NCBI RefSeq assembly: GCF_964355755.1
Contig: NC_092671.1
Coordinates: 7,254,001 to 7,318,000 of the forward strand
DNA length: 64,000 nucleotides
Direction: 5' to 3'
Source of the DNA: Antedon mediterranea
Taxonomy: Eukaryota > Animalia > Echinodermata
Shown here piece by piece: positions 40,487-53,600 of the stretch (position 1 is its first letter; each line of letters starts with the position of its first letter). The notes under the pieces were generated by a model. The model was not told the DNA's origin. It searched no databases and saw only the letters and a list, made by a program, of their open reading frames with translations. Position numbers and translations under genes: made by a program.

Positions 40487-41200
40487 ATGAATCGACTTTT
40501 CATTATATTGACAATTCTTGTCCTGTGTGGGGGAGTCGTATGGTGTAAAGGTAAGCATTAACGTCACAAAATGTGCAACATTATGATTTCACCATACCAC
40601 TTTCTTACCAAAGATGTTGAACTTTCACTAACTGTCTGTTTTGTAGATCCTCCTTGTCAGCCTGGTGATGCCGTTTGCGATAAAACAAGTAAAAATTCCT
40701 TATGTTTATAATATTTAGCGAAATCTGTAGAAGCCTACAATCTGAATTGTATTGGGAAGGGTTTTAACAAACTTGCTATAGGTCATAAAAACAAATTGTC
40801 TGAATGCTTGTAGGCCTACTCTAGCCTTGCTAAACCCAATTGTATTGTAATCAACATTTCTGATTTTTTTTTTCAGAAGAAAAAGAAAGTGGTAAGTCAA
40901 TTATGTTCTGTATTTATTAAATGTAGGCCTATTTACATACTGCTTCAATAAAAACAAAATATAGTAAACATTAGAGTTCTCACGTCAGAATCAGTATTCA
41001 GTTCAAATGAGAGATGCTTAATGTCATTTAATGCCATATATAGGCCTATAGCTTATCGTCCAACTAACGTCGATCATAAGATTTTCCTAAGAATGCACCT
41101 AGGAATGGGACTTCGGAAACTGACCATATTTATTATATTTACAGGCCTCGACAAATCTGCTCTTTTTTTAAGCAGAGGAGATGCTCAAAGAAGAAAATAG
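40487..41200 (+). CDS. Secreted micro-exon peptide gene C2 (58 aa)
   Basis: Exons 40487-40550, 40647-40688, 40877-40891, 41145-41200. Protein MNRLFIILTILVLCGGVVWCK-DPPCQPGDAVCDKT-KEKES-GLDKSALFLSRGDAQRRK. AATAAA at ~41224. Confidence 0.78.
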
Positions 41201-41543
41201 TGACTTTCTTTCTTTCATTAACAAATAAAAGTGCGAGTTAGAAATTGTTTTTTTATTTATTCAGAAGACTGAAGAAAAATGAAGATTAATTAAATCAGAC
41301 CTTGAATATGTTATTTTGTAGTTTTAATAAAGTTAATCACTTCCGTAAAAGAAACACACACAAAAAAATGTTTTCACTTATAAAATGACAAAATAAATGG
41401 TTAAAATCAAGACTGAAGAACTTATGTTGTTTTAATTTTAAAGAATGTTTTTAAGGGAGGGCGCTGTATTATTTTTTATTACGATTCAACGACGACGAGA
41501 TCGTCACGAGAGGAACCACCGCCGCCCAGCGCGACACACAAAC

Positions 41544-43050
<1,507 letters not shown>

Positions 43051-44531
43051 AAGTCAGTTTTCCTGTAGTATCAATTTTTTTTGTGGGTAATAAAATTCAA
43101 TAATTACTAGCTTCTTTTTGTCCATCACCTCACCCTCTTTCTTGTACATTTTCTTTGACAAATTGAACAGAAAATCCTTATGGTACAATCTAACGGACAT
43201 GAAGAACTTTATAAAGGGTAGTGCCCAGTTTAAAATGTATATTGTTTGGTTATGAAATACAGTATAAATTATTGCAAAAAATATTGATCCTAACCACCAC
43301 TTATTTTATGTAAGCAGTAAATCAAAACAAGCTTTTAGAAATTTAGTAAGCCTTTTTAAAAAAAAAAGTTCTGCTAACAGGACTTTTTTTTTATGTTAGA
43401 AGATAGGAAATTGCCTGTCATTTATGTTAATTTATTATGAAGGCATTTTTCATATAACAAATGAAAAAGTCTTATAGCACCTATTTTTCATAAAAAGGGG
43501 GCTTTTTCACGATGCTCAATCATCTTTACCACCTATAAAAAGATTTTTTGTGTTTATTATCAATGTTTGCCAAGGTTTAATTATATTTTATAATAAACAA
43601 TAAAATTACTGTATACCCGGAGCCCATAAAATTGGTTTAATTTGAACGTGAAAATCATGCATAACATTTTATTGCGTACACTGGCTGACAGATGTTTGCC
43701 TTTTATGCTTCATTTAGAGAAGGACTACATTATATAATATTCACATTTTGTAGGATTTTATACTTCAATCAAAGTACTTGTAACGTTTATTTCTCCTGTA
43801 AATTCATATGTTATAAAGTACATACAACCATTGTACACTATTAAATAAAACGGACAACATTAAAAAAGAGCAAAGCTTGTGAAAGGCAGCCCATAAGCTG
43901 AAACATAAAACTAAACTTGTAGCATAAAACTTGAATTGATCATGATCAATAATCAAAGTAAAGGTGTTATTGTATAAACTTGATAAACATATAAATACAT
44001 TTTTAACTATAATCTAAATATTACCCTATGAGATTCAATGATTTTTCCAAAATGTTGTAATAGTTGACATTCGTTATAAACGAAATATATTCGAAATAAA
44101 TCTGAAGTAATAAGAATTATAATTGTTTTCAGAGTGTTTGTAAACTTAAACATGGTCCCCACATGCACGCAACGCAACTACGTAAGCACAGCGCTAGTGA
44201 TCAACTTAATCACATTGCTCCTGCGTCGTGGTTGTATTGCGTACAAGAGTGCAGGGAAACAACCCACTTTAGAGCACTAACAGTTGTATGAAATAACTTA
44301 AGAGCACTATTGAAATTATTAGAATTTTTATATCGATACTCCAAACTTACGAATTTATTTGAGTAAATCGAAAGTAAAAACGCATGCATATTTTTATTCA
44401 TATTTTCATTAATGTTCTCTCCCCTAAAAGGCGTTTATATTAATTTGTATTATTTTAATAGAGTTGTTAAATATTCCTGTAACAAAGCAATCAAATGGAA
44501 CTTAATTTATTTAATAATCATCTATACTTGA

Positions 44532-46272
44532 TTATGACTTATAATAGTCATACATATTTACGTCACCAAATATTGATTTCATTATTGATCCATTTTTCTT
44601 AGCCCGCCCTCTATTTCTCATGGTCTTTTCCGTACATTTTTTGCATTTGCAATATGGCACATGGTCAAAATATGAAAACGCAAAAGACCGAGAAATTTGG
44701 CTTCCCATAAATGAAGTGTCTGTTTGACGCCTACTGCGGGCAACTGCTAATGCGTTCACATAAGCGTCACGCCACGTATCTTCTGACGCATCCTTTAAAG
44801 TGGATCCTTTTACGTCGTTTATTTCCGAGTCCATTTCGCTTTCGTCTGAATCTTCCGTTTCATCTGTGTGGTCACTTTCTGAATTTGATTGCATATCGGT
44901 ATCATCAAAATGTTCGGTACGCGTTTGTTCCTCCTGATGCGTTCCCTTATCTTCATATTCATTGATTTTCAACGCTTCTTTATCTGTAAACAATTCAGTC
45001 GATGATGTTTCATCGTTTGCGGTGCTTTTTTCGACTGGCGTACTAACCAGCAGTTTGGGCCTTGAATTCTGACTAGAATTGTTTCTTGCGTGATTACCTT
45101 TGCTACATGATGCCAGGTCTACATTATGTGGAATTTCTGTATCTGTTTTACTTCCAATAATATCTTTTAAATCATCAGTCACCGGTAAATTGTACTCCGA
45201 TTGTCTATGCGTATACCGAAATGTGGTTGAATTACCTTTTTTGTTTGTTTCTGTTGAGATTTTAGGTAGTTTTACACTATGTTGCGAGCCATTTCCTTCT
45301 CCATGAGTAGACTTGTACATGTTCTTATCGGAGTATCTTAAGTTGGTTTTCAATTTTTTTCTTTTTTCGTCAAACTTATTTAACTCATCGTGTATTGCAC
45401 TTACTTTTAGAGGACCGCTTACATTAGTTTTCCATGAATTGTTTCGATTTTTTAAAGTAGGCCTACTGTGATCATAAACAGTATCTGTTGATGGCTTTCT
45501 TTGTAATCCGGTTGACGTTGATTGAGACGACGGTGACATCAAAGTGAAACCTTTAAGTGACCGAATTTTAACGTTCGTTAAGCCTCTTGAGTTATACAGT
45601 TGCCACGTTTCTTCGTCTACATTGTGTATTTTTGGCAAGAAATTTCCTAAATTATTTGACAAAAGCCGTCGGGAAACCTTCTGAGAAAGTGATTTTTTAT
45701 CTACGTCAGCACCTCCTATACAATGTATGACTGGAAATGCGTTTGCATTGTTGCCGTCTCCATTGCGTTGTGTCAATGGTACATACTGTTTACCTGTGTA
45801 TTTGGCGTATAAGTGTTTTATACCGTTAATATCTGGTAAGGATATATTTTGAGATTCTGTTGCAACATCTTCTGTGTTGTTGCTAGCCAACGAACGCCAT
45901 GGTCGATTCGTCAAATAATTGTACTTGATGTGATTGTAATATGCACTTTTTGGTTGGATCGAATGATACCTCTGTGTTAAAAGAAACAAAATGATAGAAT
46001 AAACATCCTATCATATTCAAAGAAACAAACTGATGGATAACAAACAATGCCTCTGCACAAAGACGACAAAGGGCTTTTGTCTTGCAATGAATTTATCAAA
46101 ATGTAATATAAAACTAATGAACAAAACAAACTACCTGAAAGCGTGCCGAATAATTTAATAAAAATCGTAATGAATAAATGGATCTAATATTCCTCTGCAT
46201 AATAACTTAATATAAAGGTAATCGATATATATATTTTTATGAATAACTCAATTGTTTTTTTTAACCGTTTTA

Positions 46273-46309
<37 letters not shown>

Positions 46310-46941
46310 CCAAAGGCAAATTACTGAAAAAAATGACAATGCTGTGGGTATCAGTGGCTGGATCTCAATGGAGATACAAAAATAAAAAGCGAAAAGCTAA
46401 ATCAAAACGATAAAGTAAACAGCCAGAAAAGTTAGCAGAGCTTTCGGGCAACACTAGCCCTTCATCAGTGCAAGTGAAGGAATTTGGATAATATATAATA
46501 TATCATCATTCGCGGTACTATACGTACCATTGTATCAACAATATATATATATACAGTATTTCTTTCACAAGAATATTTCTATAAACGTATTTGATACAAA
46601 ACGGGTATGCAATGAGCCGAAGCTCTTAAACGCATTACCCTATCTATAATACAGTATAATACCTATAGGATGAGGTGTATAGGCTAGATGCTTGATTGGC
46701 GCGAACAGATTGGGGAACAAAGTTAGAGACAAATTCTAATAAATAATATCACATCATTTTAGGTAAAACATTGTAATTTAAGGTGTAAACCACAATTCTT
46801 TAGAAACGAAATAATTGTATTAGAAAACATAATAATTATTTTATTTAAGTGCATACATACCAGTGCTGTGGCGTTTTGCATCAATGCTGCCACTCTGCGC
46901 TGCTCGTGGCGCACCTCCTCCAGTTTCAACGGACTCTGCAT
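44532..46941 (-). CDS. Uncharacterised ~506-aa, largely low-complexity protein (2 coding exons)
   Basis: Exon 46941-46861 (MQSPLKLEEVRHEQRRVAALMQNATAL, GTATGT donor, phase 0) splices in frame to the 1440-nt exon 45971-44532 (ACACAG acceptor). Acidic stretch and C-terminal HxxxCxCxxC. Confidence 0.8.
46432..46473 (-). ncRNA. Minimal type-I hammerhead ribozyme (Penelope-like element type)
   Basis: Minus strand: GCA-CUGAUGA-A-GGGC-uaguguu-GCCC-GAAA-GCUC-UGC. Intact core, 4-bp stem II, palindromic AGCU stem III, CUC cleavage triplet, short stem I GCA/UGC. Confidence 0.75.
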
Positions 46942-49900
46942 TGCTTTTTCAAACACACGACGTGACTATCCAATACTACATCATGTCATTTTGCTAACAT
47001 CCGTCATTTAATAACTCCTGCAAATTAATGACTATTGATGAACATAATTTATTACAATAAATACGGATCTTATCATTTGTAAAACACTACGCCGAACTGC
47101 TATATAGTACTAATGTCAAAGTTCCGTTTTGAACTATGAGCTGAAAATTCAATACCGCAATTGTCTAAAATATCGATGTCTGTTGTAATGGGGGGATTAA
47201 GTTCGGTAAGGGGAATGTATAATGTATAGTTGTTGTATCAAATCATATCATATCATATCATTTATTTCGCCAATATACAGAACAGTACAAAAAAAAAAAC
47301 AATACAAAAGTAAGTCAATGAGGCCGGATAACCTAAAAGTTATAAATAAAAATAACCGTCGAGAGGCTCTCCACATCGAAATACTTACATAAAATGAATA
47401 ATACATGGATTCTATTAAAATTGAGATAAAACTATAAAATTCAGCAATGGGTTTTTATAAAAAATTGTTAATTTAAAAAGATAGAATTATGTTTAATAAT
47501 TCTAACATTTAATGATTCTAACATAAATCAAGGATTACAGGAAGAACCAAATGTCTATCTGAACGAAGTTTCTCTCGCCTACAAGTGTCCACAGCGTCCC
47601 CTTCTTCCTAGTGGTCCATCCGCATAATACTCGAAGAGAAGGGTGACTTGGATTAGATTCTATTCTTCTTAGAGTCATTCACACACTTCTTGGATTCCTT
47701 GTCTGAAGATATTCTACTTGCAACATTCAGTGGCGGATGTACAGGGTCTGAAAATGGTGAAATGAAGGGCTTAATTATCCTATCTTTGCATTACAATTTG
47801 CGAAATTTAGGTGGGGGACGGGAATGGCATGGCATGGCACAAAATAGTATAACGCGCTATGTCTACGACGGCGAAGCGTATTGAATATAAAGACAGATCC
47901 GTCACTCTTTAACAAGTACTACAATTAGGACTGAATAAAGACCTGATATCGTTAATGTGAAGTTCTATTTTTGAAACCTAGAATATTTAGAGCAGCTGAA
48001 TTTAGAAAGCATATCGCCTCAAACATTTTCACTCATATAATTGCACCTGAAATGTTATAATCACGGATATGTTACTTTACTTCCTCTATACAACACTAAT
48101 GAACCTAGAACTTCTATAAACATGAACTATTTGTCAGTTGAAAGTTGACACGTATAAACAAAGTACCATAACATTTTCATCTTTCCAATGTTCAGTAGGC
48201 TAATATTACACAAAGAGATGCCTATACATAGGATAAATAGATCTGTTTACTATTACATAGTCTTCGAATTCTTCTCAATTTGTCGAAACACAACGTCGTC
48301 TGCTGCTATAAGAATCTTAAGCGTCAACGAAATAGGCCTAATACACATGATCATGTATTCTACGTATGATCGGCGATTTACCTTCAATTGAATTAAATTA
48401 ATGATTTAATGTTATTGGTGACTATACTTACATGATGTTTATCGCGTCTAGGCCTAATCACGGATGATAGACAACAAAACCCATGACCAGCAGACGGACG
48501 CACGCATTTACCAGGAAACACCCAATGACCGAGTTAACATTATCCAGCTACGTTTGATCTTTGGACGCTATTGATTACTCTTGACTTACACAATAACTCA
48601 TTAACTTTCATAGATAACTTACTAGTCCGTTGCACCAATGCTAAACAAACAATTAAATTTCTTTTTATTGCTCATTCGTGAGATATCGAAGGCGTTGAGA
48701 ACGAGTCCAATTTTATTGTTGTGTTATGGAACTGGAAAAGTCACGGTTACAGATAATATATATATATATATATATATATCTTTTAGTGATATTGAAATAA
48801 AAGTTTGTTGGCCCCACGGATGAAAGAGGAAAAGAAAAGAAAAATATTTTAGTGACATTGTTCAAAATGAAACCATAACTGTAAGGCCCATTTACACTAG
48901 GACGATAACGATCAAAAGAAATCTAACAAGTTTTTATTCTAGAACTATTTAGGAATCATCTATGCTTCCTTTGATGAAAATGATATTTTCACGCGTCCAA
49001 TCAAATGACGTCATGATTTGTAAGAGAAATAATATCGTGACAATACAACGATTTTTGTTTTGTTTTATTGATCATGACGTCATTTGATTAGATTTTTTTA
49101 AATATTATTATCAAAGACAGCATAAATGAGTATTCTATCATTCTATAACGAAAACCTTACTAAATTCCTTAGTTTTACAGTATGTAAGAAAAATGCGTGA
49201 TCTATTATCGTCGTCGTCATTGGTTTACTTGTTTCCGGAGCTCAGCATTTGTTGGGTCCAGAGTCGATGCTAGGCTATGCTTATAAGCCCTCTTAAAAAT
49301 AACATCAAATCTCGAATACGGCGCAAATTTTAGAGGGGGGTTGGACCATGCCTGTTTGAGACCTGACTTAAATTGATGTTGATCTACTTGAATTCCACAG
49401 TATAATAGCTTTTCGACCAAACGAGTCTCTCATCTAATTTGTGCGTGAAGTTTCTTACCTTCCGATATCGAAACGACGCTCCTCTCTCCTCCTACCATTT
49501 TGAAAATAGTTAACCAACGCAAATTACCAATATTTGTGCCTATTATTTAAACATTATAATTTATACGCGGTTTCCTACCTTTTTTATTTGTGAAAATCTC
49601 TCGCTGCTTCGTAAAACTAAATAAAACAGTTACATAACAACGGAGAATTGCTACAAACACTGTTGTCGCAATTTCTTTTACACCAATAAATGACCCAACC
49701 AGCTATTTATTTATTATATGGACTTGTAATCGAATGACATAATAACCGTCTCAGCTAACATCGATTTAAACACAAAAGAAGTAGGAGTCTAAATGAGATT
49801 TCAACAAGATCCTAGTATTAAATTTCCCAATTGCTTCTTTCATTATTTTCTTTCGATTATTGTTATGGCGATAACTGTATACTTGTAATAACACAGTCAT

Positions 49901-50692
49901 CATCTTAGTGCTAATGATATTTTATTATGAAGATGGTAGGCCTAATTAAACCTAGCAATATAGATGAAGAAAGTTATGTATGAACATCGTACCTTGTACA
50001 GTGAAGAATAATTACATTTTGAAGATGGTGATGATAATGACGATAGTTATAATTCCTTATTTAAATTTTAACCGAAGATGATCAATTGATTTTTATTTTC
50101 AAAAATAATGATAAGAAATATGCCAGGCCTACATGAAGGCTTGAAAAAGGAAAAATTATATAGCATATCATATTCCTTGTGTGTTATAGCATATTCACCG
50201 TGTGTTAATTTCAACATGCGTACGCCGATATTGGAACACTTAGGTTTTCCAGAATTAAGCTAATAGACAAGCCTTAGTGTTTCAGTATTTTCTTAATCTT
50301 ATTTCTGGTATTATTTTCAATTGTACAGTATTAGGCATTAAACCAAATCTTAACCTGGCGTACGAGACAATTACAGGCGACTAACTATATTTCTAACAAT
50401 ACTTTGTTTGTTTTTTCATTCAAATCTCTTTAAATGAGAATAAATAAACAGGCAAATTGATATTATAAATTGACTCACTATAATTAAATGGGAATTAATT
50501 TAATGGAAAAAGTTTGATGTTGTTGTATATAAGATCTTTGATGTTGTTGAAATTTAGCTTGAGGGCGCCATTATCACGGCGGTTAAAGGTTATTTTTATA
50601 TTTTTACAATAACAACATCACGCGTGGGGTGGTGGTGGTGAAATCGTCGTCCTGAAATCCCGTTTTTATTAACATTTTTTAGCAAAATCGAA

Positions 50693-53600
50693 ATGCTAAA
50701 ACGTTTTATCAATGCACAATCTGAATCCTCTAACGTACCTCGTAATAGAAAATCTGAGGAAATTCGTAAACAAATGACTAGACATCGGCGGAACTTGCTG
50801 TCTATTTGCAGGTTCGTGGTAGTTTTGGCTAGCTAGGTAGGCTAGTCTCCGTCTAACTAGGCCTAGCCTAGTCTATAGTAAAGATAAGAGTGGGCCGAGC
50901 ATCATCATAACTGGTCTGATCTCATCGTGACATCATAATATTGGGCCTAGCCATGTAGGACAGCAGGCAATATCTTAGTAGGGTGCTATCTAGGCCTCTA
51001 GTAGTAACAGTACGTAAACGGTACAGTACAATGTGAAATTCGTTCCTTCGACTTCAATTCAACATAAAGCTAAAAAATGTTAGTAGCTTTTATTTAGAGT
51101 AGTAGGCTAGGCCTAGGCTATGATGAATATGAATGCATATTTATTGATTATATAATATTATTATATATTTTGCAAAGAAAGTTGCGCTAATAAATTAATT
51201 GAAATGATTTCATTTCGTACGTATTCCTTTCCAGGTTGACAATACAAAGTCTAAAAGAAAAATCTTTGTACAATTGTATTGATGATTCCAGTGAAGAGTT
51301 CCAAAATTTTGCCACAATTCTAGAACATTTACTTAGCCATAGACTTAAAGGTAATCTATCCCAGTATAGTAATTAACTATATAACAATTAAGCACTTTAC
51401 TGTTGTCTAAATAAAGTACAGTATTACTAAATTCGTAATTCCGCTGTTTTCTTGTCTAATTCTTTTAATGCAAATTCTGTGTTTGATATGAGTAATAGCT
51501 AGCTGCAATAATAAAATATTTTTAATATTTTCAAATCTTTATAACAAAACTAAGCTGTATTGATTTTCTATACCATCTACTACAATTTACAAATATTTCT
51601 ATACATAATTATTACAACATTGAGAAGCAGCTGGTCAAATCAAATGCATGAAAAGCAATGTTGACATTCAATTAAATTAGAGGCTATATGGATGATGAAA
51701 CGTGTGGGTTTTTAATGGGTTACATTAAACATTAATATAGTGACTCTTTAGTTGTTCTGTTTGACACAGGTGAACCAACGTGGTTTCGCTTTGAAGAGTC
51801 GCGTGAATTTTGGGATTTTGTTTACGTAGCATGTCGCAATGTTCCAAATAATTGCATAACAAGTATACACGTGATGGAAGATGCCAATAATTCAAGGTCA
51901 AAGGTAATCAATAGCACACCTTTCAAATGTTAACAAAAAATTAGAAACTTTTAAATGTACATGAAAAAAAAAAATCTTCCATTCAACAAAAAATTCCATA
52001 TTTATTTTCCAAAGGGTCGTGCATGGATAAGAACTGTACTTATGGAGAAAAGACTTGGCGAGTATTTCAACGAATGTTTACGAGATGAAAAATTGCTCAA
52101 GTAAGTTTAATTTAGGTGTACTTTTATTCTTTGCACAATTAGCAGTAAAATAATGAATCGAAACAGCTAATCTGTGGCAAGAGAACCCAAGTAAAAATAC
52201 TTTTTAGATACACTAGAACCCTTCCTTTGGGACACCCCTATTCTCATGGATTAAAAGAGAGGAAATATATGTTTTAACACAATTGCCAACCCCTATTCAG
52301 ATGACACTCCTATTACAAAAGGACAAAACACTATCTACACTATCAACAAGTTTTAAAAAAAAATGTGTGATGTGCCTAAATATTGTAGTGATATGCCTAA
52401 ATATGTGTGATGTGCCTAAATATGGTAGTGATATGCCTAAATATGGTAGTGATATGACATCATCATGTCCATATATGAACACATCACATTTGATAGTGTA
52501 GACAGAGCTTTAAACACTGTAAAGTATATGTTATGTTTACAGGATATTCTATGGAGAGGGATCATTTATGAGAAGTGAGGAAGCAAATTTATTACGGGAG
52601 TATTTACAAGATCTGAACCTTGTTGACTTCAGGTATGCTTCTACTAGTTTTTATTCAAAACTGATTATAAGATCAGTATGTATATACACTATGTTCTTGT
52701 CATAAAAGGCTATAACACTGCACAAATTAACATTTAAGTACTGTAATAAATTACCATTCCCTAACATATAGAGTTACATTTTTATTTACATGAACATTCT
52801 AGAATAAGATGTTTTGATTTAAGAAACCATGTATAATTAATAAGAACAATCAGGAACATTCCAGAAGTGCTATTAATAGAAACTGTAATCCAATAGAATA
52901 AGAAGTATAAAGAACGATCTAGAAGGATAGGAAAATCTTGTATATAAAGGGATGTAAAACTATTGTAAGTGGTTGGATATTCGATTGTAAAAGTTATTGT
53001 GAAGCTGTTGTTTAAAGTGCTTACTGGATTGTTGAAGTTGATTGAAATTAAAGCTTTGTTTTTGAGTTATTTTACAACTTTGTGAATTTTTCGTGTATAA
53101 TTTTATGTCACAAGGGAGTTCCTAAAGTATTTTCAACCGCTCGGAAACATACGTAAGAGGAGTTTGTGACAGTACACATCTATAATTAAACAATCAACAA
53201 ACAAACATTCGTACATACATTACCTCTCACTCATAATGTACAACCAACACATACTGTATGCAGTTATTTTTTCAAGTAGTACATTTCTAATGACAACCAG
53301 TTTATGGAGTGAGTGCAGAATCTGTTTGGGCTTTAGTCTATTCTCATTCCTGGTTAATTTTACATTGATGACCGAATAAATATTATTATTATTAATTATT
53401 ATTACATTTATTATAGTTTTTGCTTGAAGGAAAACGGTAACTTACAGACTGGGGTCGCCAGGGTCATTGACTATACCCCATACCTCAGTTGCAGCGAGAG
53501 ACTATCCGGTACCATGCAACAAAGAGCAATGGATGTTGACACAAATCTGTTAGCTGTACAAGAGGAAGAGGAACATGGCGGTGAGCAGACAATAGAACAA

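Noticed and set aside
41145-41175. GLDKSALFL resembles echinoderm SALMFamide peptides
   Set aside because: Does not fit SxLxF-amide; no following Gly plus dibasic site and no repeated precursor organisation.
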